A stretch of 64,000 nt of DNA from Eledone cirrhosa (taxonomy: Eukaryota). The stretch lies in NCBI GenBank assembly GCA_964016885.1, contig OZ024744.1, positions 130,014,001 to 130,078,000 of the forward strand. The letters are read 5' to 3'. The position numbers and the translations under genes were made by a program. The first letter of the stretch is position 1; each line of letters begins with the position of its first letter. Under the pieces are notes generated by a model. That model made no database searches and had not been told where the DNA came from. It saw only the letters and a list, made by a program, of their open reading frames with translations. Positions 62,901-64,000 of this stretch are shown here, one piece after another.

Positions 62901-64000
62901 AGTTAAGGTGGGGTTTAGTTAAGTTGGGGTCAACTAAAGTTGGGGTTAAGTTAAGTTGGGGTTCACTTAAGTTGGGGTTAAGTTAAGTTGGGGTTAAGTT
63001 AAGTTGGGGTTTATTTAAGTTGGGGTTCAGTTAATTTGGGGTTAAGTTAAGTTTGGGTTTAGTTGGGGTTAAATTAAGTTGGGGTTAAGTTAAGTTGGGG
63101 TTAAGTTACGTTGGGGTTAATTTAAGTTGGGGTTAAGTTAAGTTGCGGGTAATTTAAGTTGGGGTTAAGTTAAGTTGGGGTTAAGTTAAGTTGGGGTTAA
63201 GTTAAGTTGGGGGTAAGTTAAGTTGGGGGTAAGTTAAGTTGGGGGTAAGTTAAGTTGGGGTTAAGTTAAGTTGGGCTAAAAGTTAAGTTGGGGTTAAGTT
63301 AAGTTAGGGTTAAGTTAAGTTGGGGTTGAGTTAAGTTGGGGTTAAGTTAAGTTGGGGTTATGTTAAGTTGGGGTTAAGTTAAATTGGGGTTAATTTAACT
63401 TTGTGGTTAAGTTAAGTTGGGGTTAATTTAAGTTGGGGTTAAGTTAAGTTGGAGTTAAGTTAAGTTGGGGTTAAGTTAAGTTGGGGTTAATTTAAGTTGC
63501 GGTTAAGTTAAGTTGAGGTTAAGTTAAGTTGGGGTTAAGTTAAGTTGGGGTTAAGTTAAGTTGGGGCTAAGTTAAGTTGGGGCTAAGTTAAGTTGGGGCT
63601 TAGTTAAGTTGGGGTTAAGTTAAGTTGGGGTTAAGTTAAGGTGTGGTTTAGTTAAGTTGGGGTCAACTAATGTTGGGGTTAAGTTAAGTTGGGGTTTATT
63701 TAAGTTGGGGTTCAGTTAATTTGGGGTTAAGTTAAGTTTGGGTTAAGTTGGGGTTAAATTAAGTTGGGGTTAAGTTAAGTTGGGGTTAAGTTAAGTTGGG
63801 GTTAAGTTAAGTTGGGGTTAAGTTAAGTTGGGGGTAAGTTAAGTTGGGGGTAAGTTAAGTTGGTGTTAAGTTAAGTTGGGGTTAAGTTAAGTTGGGGTTA
63901 AGTTAAGTTGGGTTTAAGTTAAGTTGGGGCTGAGTTAAGTTAGGGCTAAGTTAAGTTGGAGTTAAGTAAAGTTAGGGCTAAGTTAAGTTGGGGTTAAGTT
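56945..64000 (+). repeat. Return to domain-A-like sequence, ending in a copy of the A-to-B transition block
   Basis: The A-type marker order resumes (TTGGTGTTAAC, TTTCGGGT, TTGATG doublet at ~58336). The stretch 60,900-64,000 parallels ~29,600-32,850. Confidence 0.8.

Larger units (their letters stand above)
1..64000 (+). repeat. 16-bp tandem satellite array, consensus (TTAAGTTAAGTTGGGG)n, about 4,000 monomers, G-rich strand = +, open at both window ends
   Basis: The unit is read directly throughout and consists of two TTAAG pentamers plus TTGGGG. Consensus composition is T6 A4 G6 C0. No interruption or strand switch was seen. Confidence 0.99.

Noticed and set aside
1-64000. Protein-coding ORFs or a repeat protein
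   Set aside because: Each monomer has two TAA on both strands (TTAA is palindromic), and the 16-bp period cycles through all frames, so every frame is closed within a few monomers. Stop-reassigned codes would only give a trivial low-complexity reading with no supporting evidence.
1-64000. CRISPR array or other repeat-spacer system
   Set aside because: There are no unique spacers. All variation is point or indel change of the same 16-mer, and there are no cas genes or leader.
1-64000. Freshly telomerase-synthesised telomere tract
   Set aside because: Dense variants are copied in kb-long ordered blocks, and there is no gradient toward pure repeats at either end. A true terminal tract outside the window is not excluded.
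1-64000. piggyBac element or footprint suggested by abundant TTAA
   Set aside because: TTAA is part of the monomer. No terminal inverted repeats, transposase or inserted sequence is present.
1-64000. Variants as sequencing noise
   Set aside because: The same complex variants recur in the same order at consistent multi-kb offsets, which random error would not produce. Only singleton variants remain uncertain.
1-64000. Variant pattern as an encoded message or information-storage system
   Set aside because: Nested duplication and in-register recombination are sufficient to explain the order of variants, and nothing in the window indicates a reading or writing mechanism.
1-64000. Inversion or head-to-head telomere fusion point
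   Set aside because: No CCCCAA-oriented tract was seen on the + strand, and the orientation is uniform throughout.

Overview
The whole 64 kb window is one uninterrupted, single-orientation tandem array of a 16-bp unit, TTAAG-TTAAG-TTGGGG (reverse complement CCCCAACTTAACTTAA), with roughly 4,000 copies. I see no unique sequence, ORF, RNA gene, transposon or CRISPR array. The + strand is G/T-rich and almost C-free, so the unit looks telomere-like. However, variant monomers (e.g. TTAGATTGTTG, TTGATG, GGGTCTAATTAAG, TCAACTAAAG, GTGGTGG) recur in fixed order and reveal nested higher-order repeats (HORs). These are a ~3.6-3.8 kb HOR domain (1 to ~31 kb) with near-identical duplications at offsets of 5,719, 13,512 and ~19,040 bp; a distinct 2,722-bp HOR domain (~33-44.6 kb); a mosaic zone with a ~2.05 kb tandem duplication; and a return to first-domain-like sequence, suggesting a ~31 kb super-period. 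The best reading is a eukaryotic satellite (centromeric, subtelomeric or telomere-derived) maintained by recombination rather than direct telomerase synthesis. Organism and chromosomal position cannot be determined from this window. All offsets were read by eye from marker variants, and block boundaries are approximate. I found no protein-coding system; the novelty, if any, lies in the repeat motif and its architecture.
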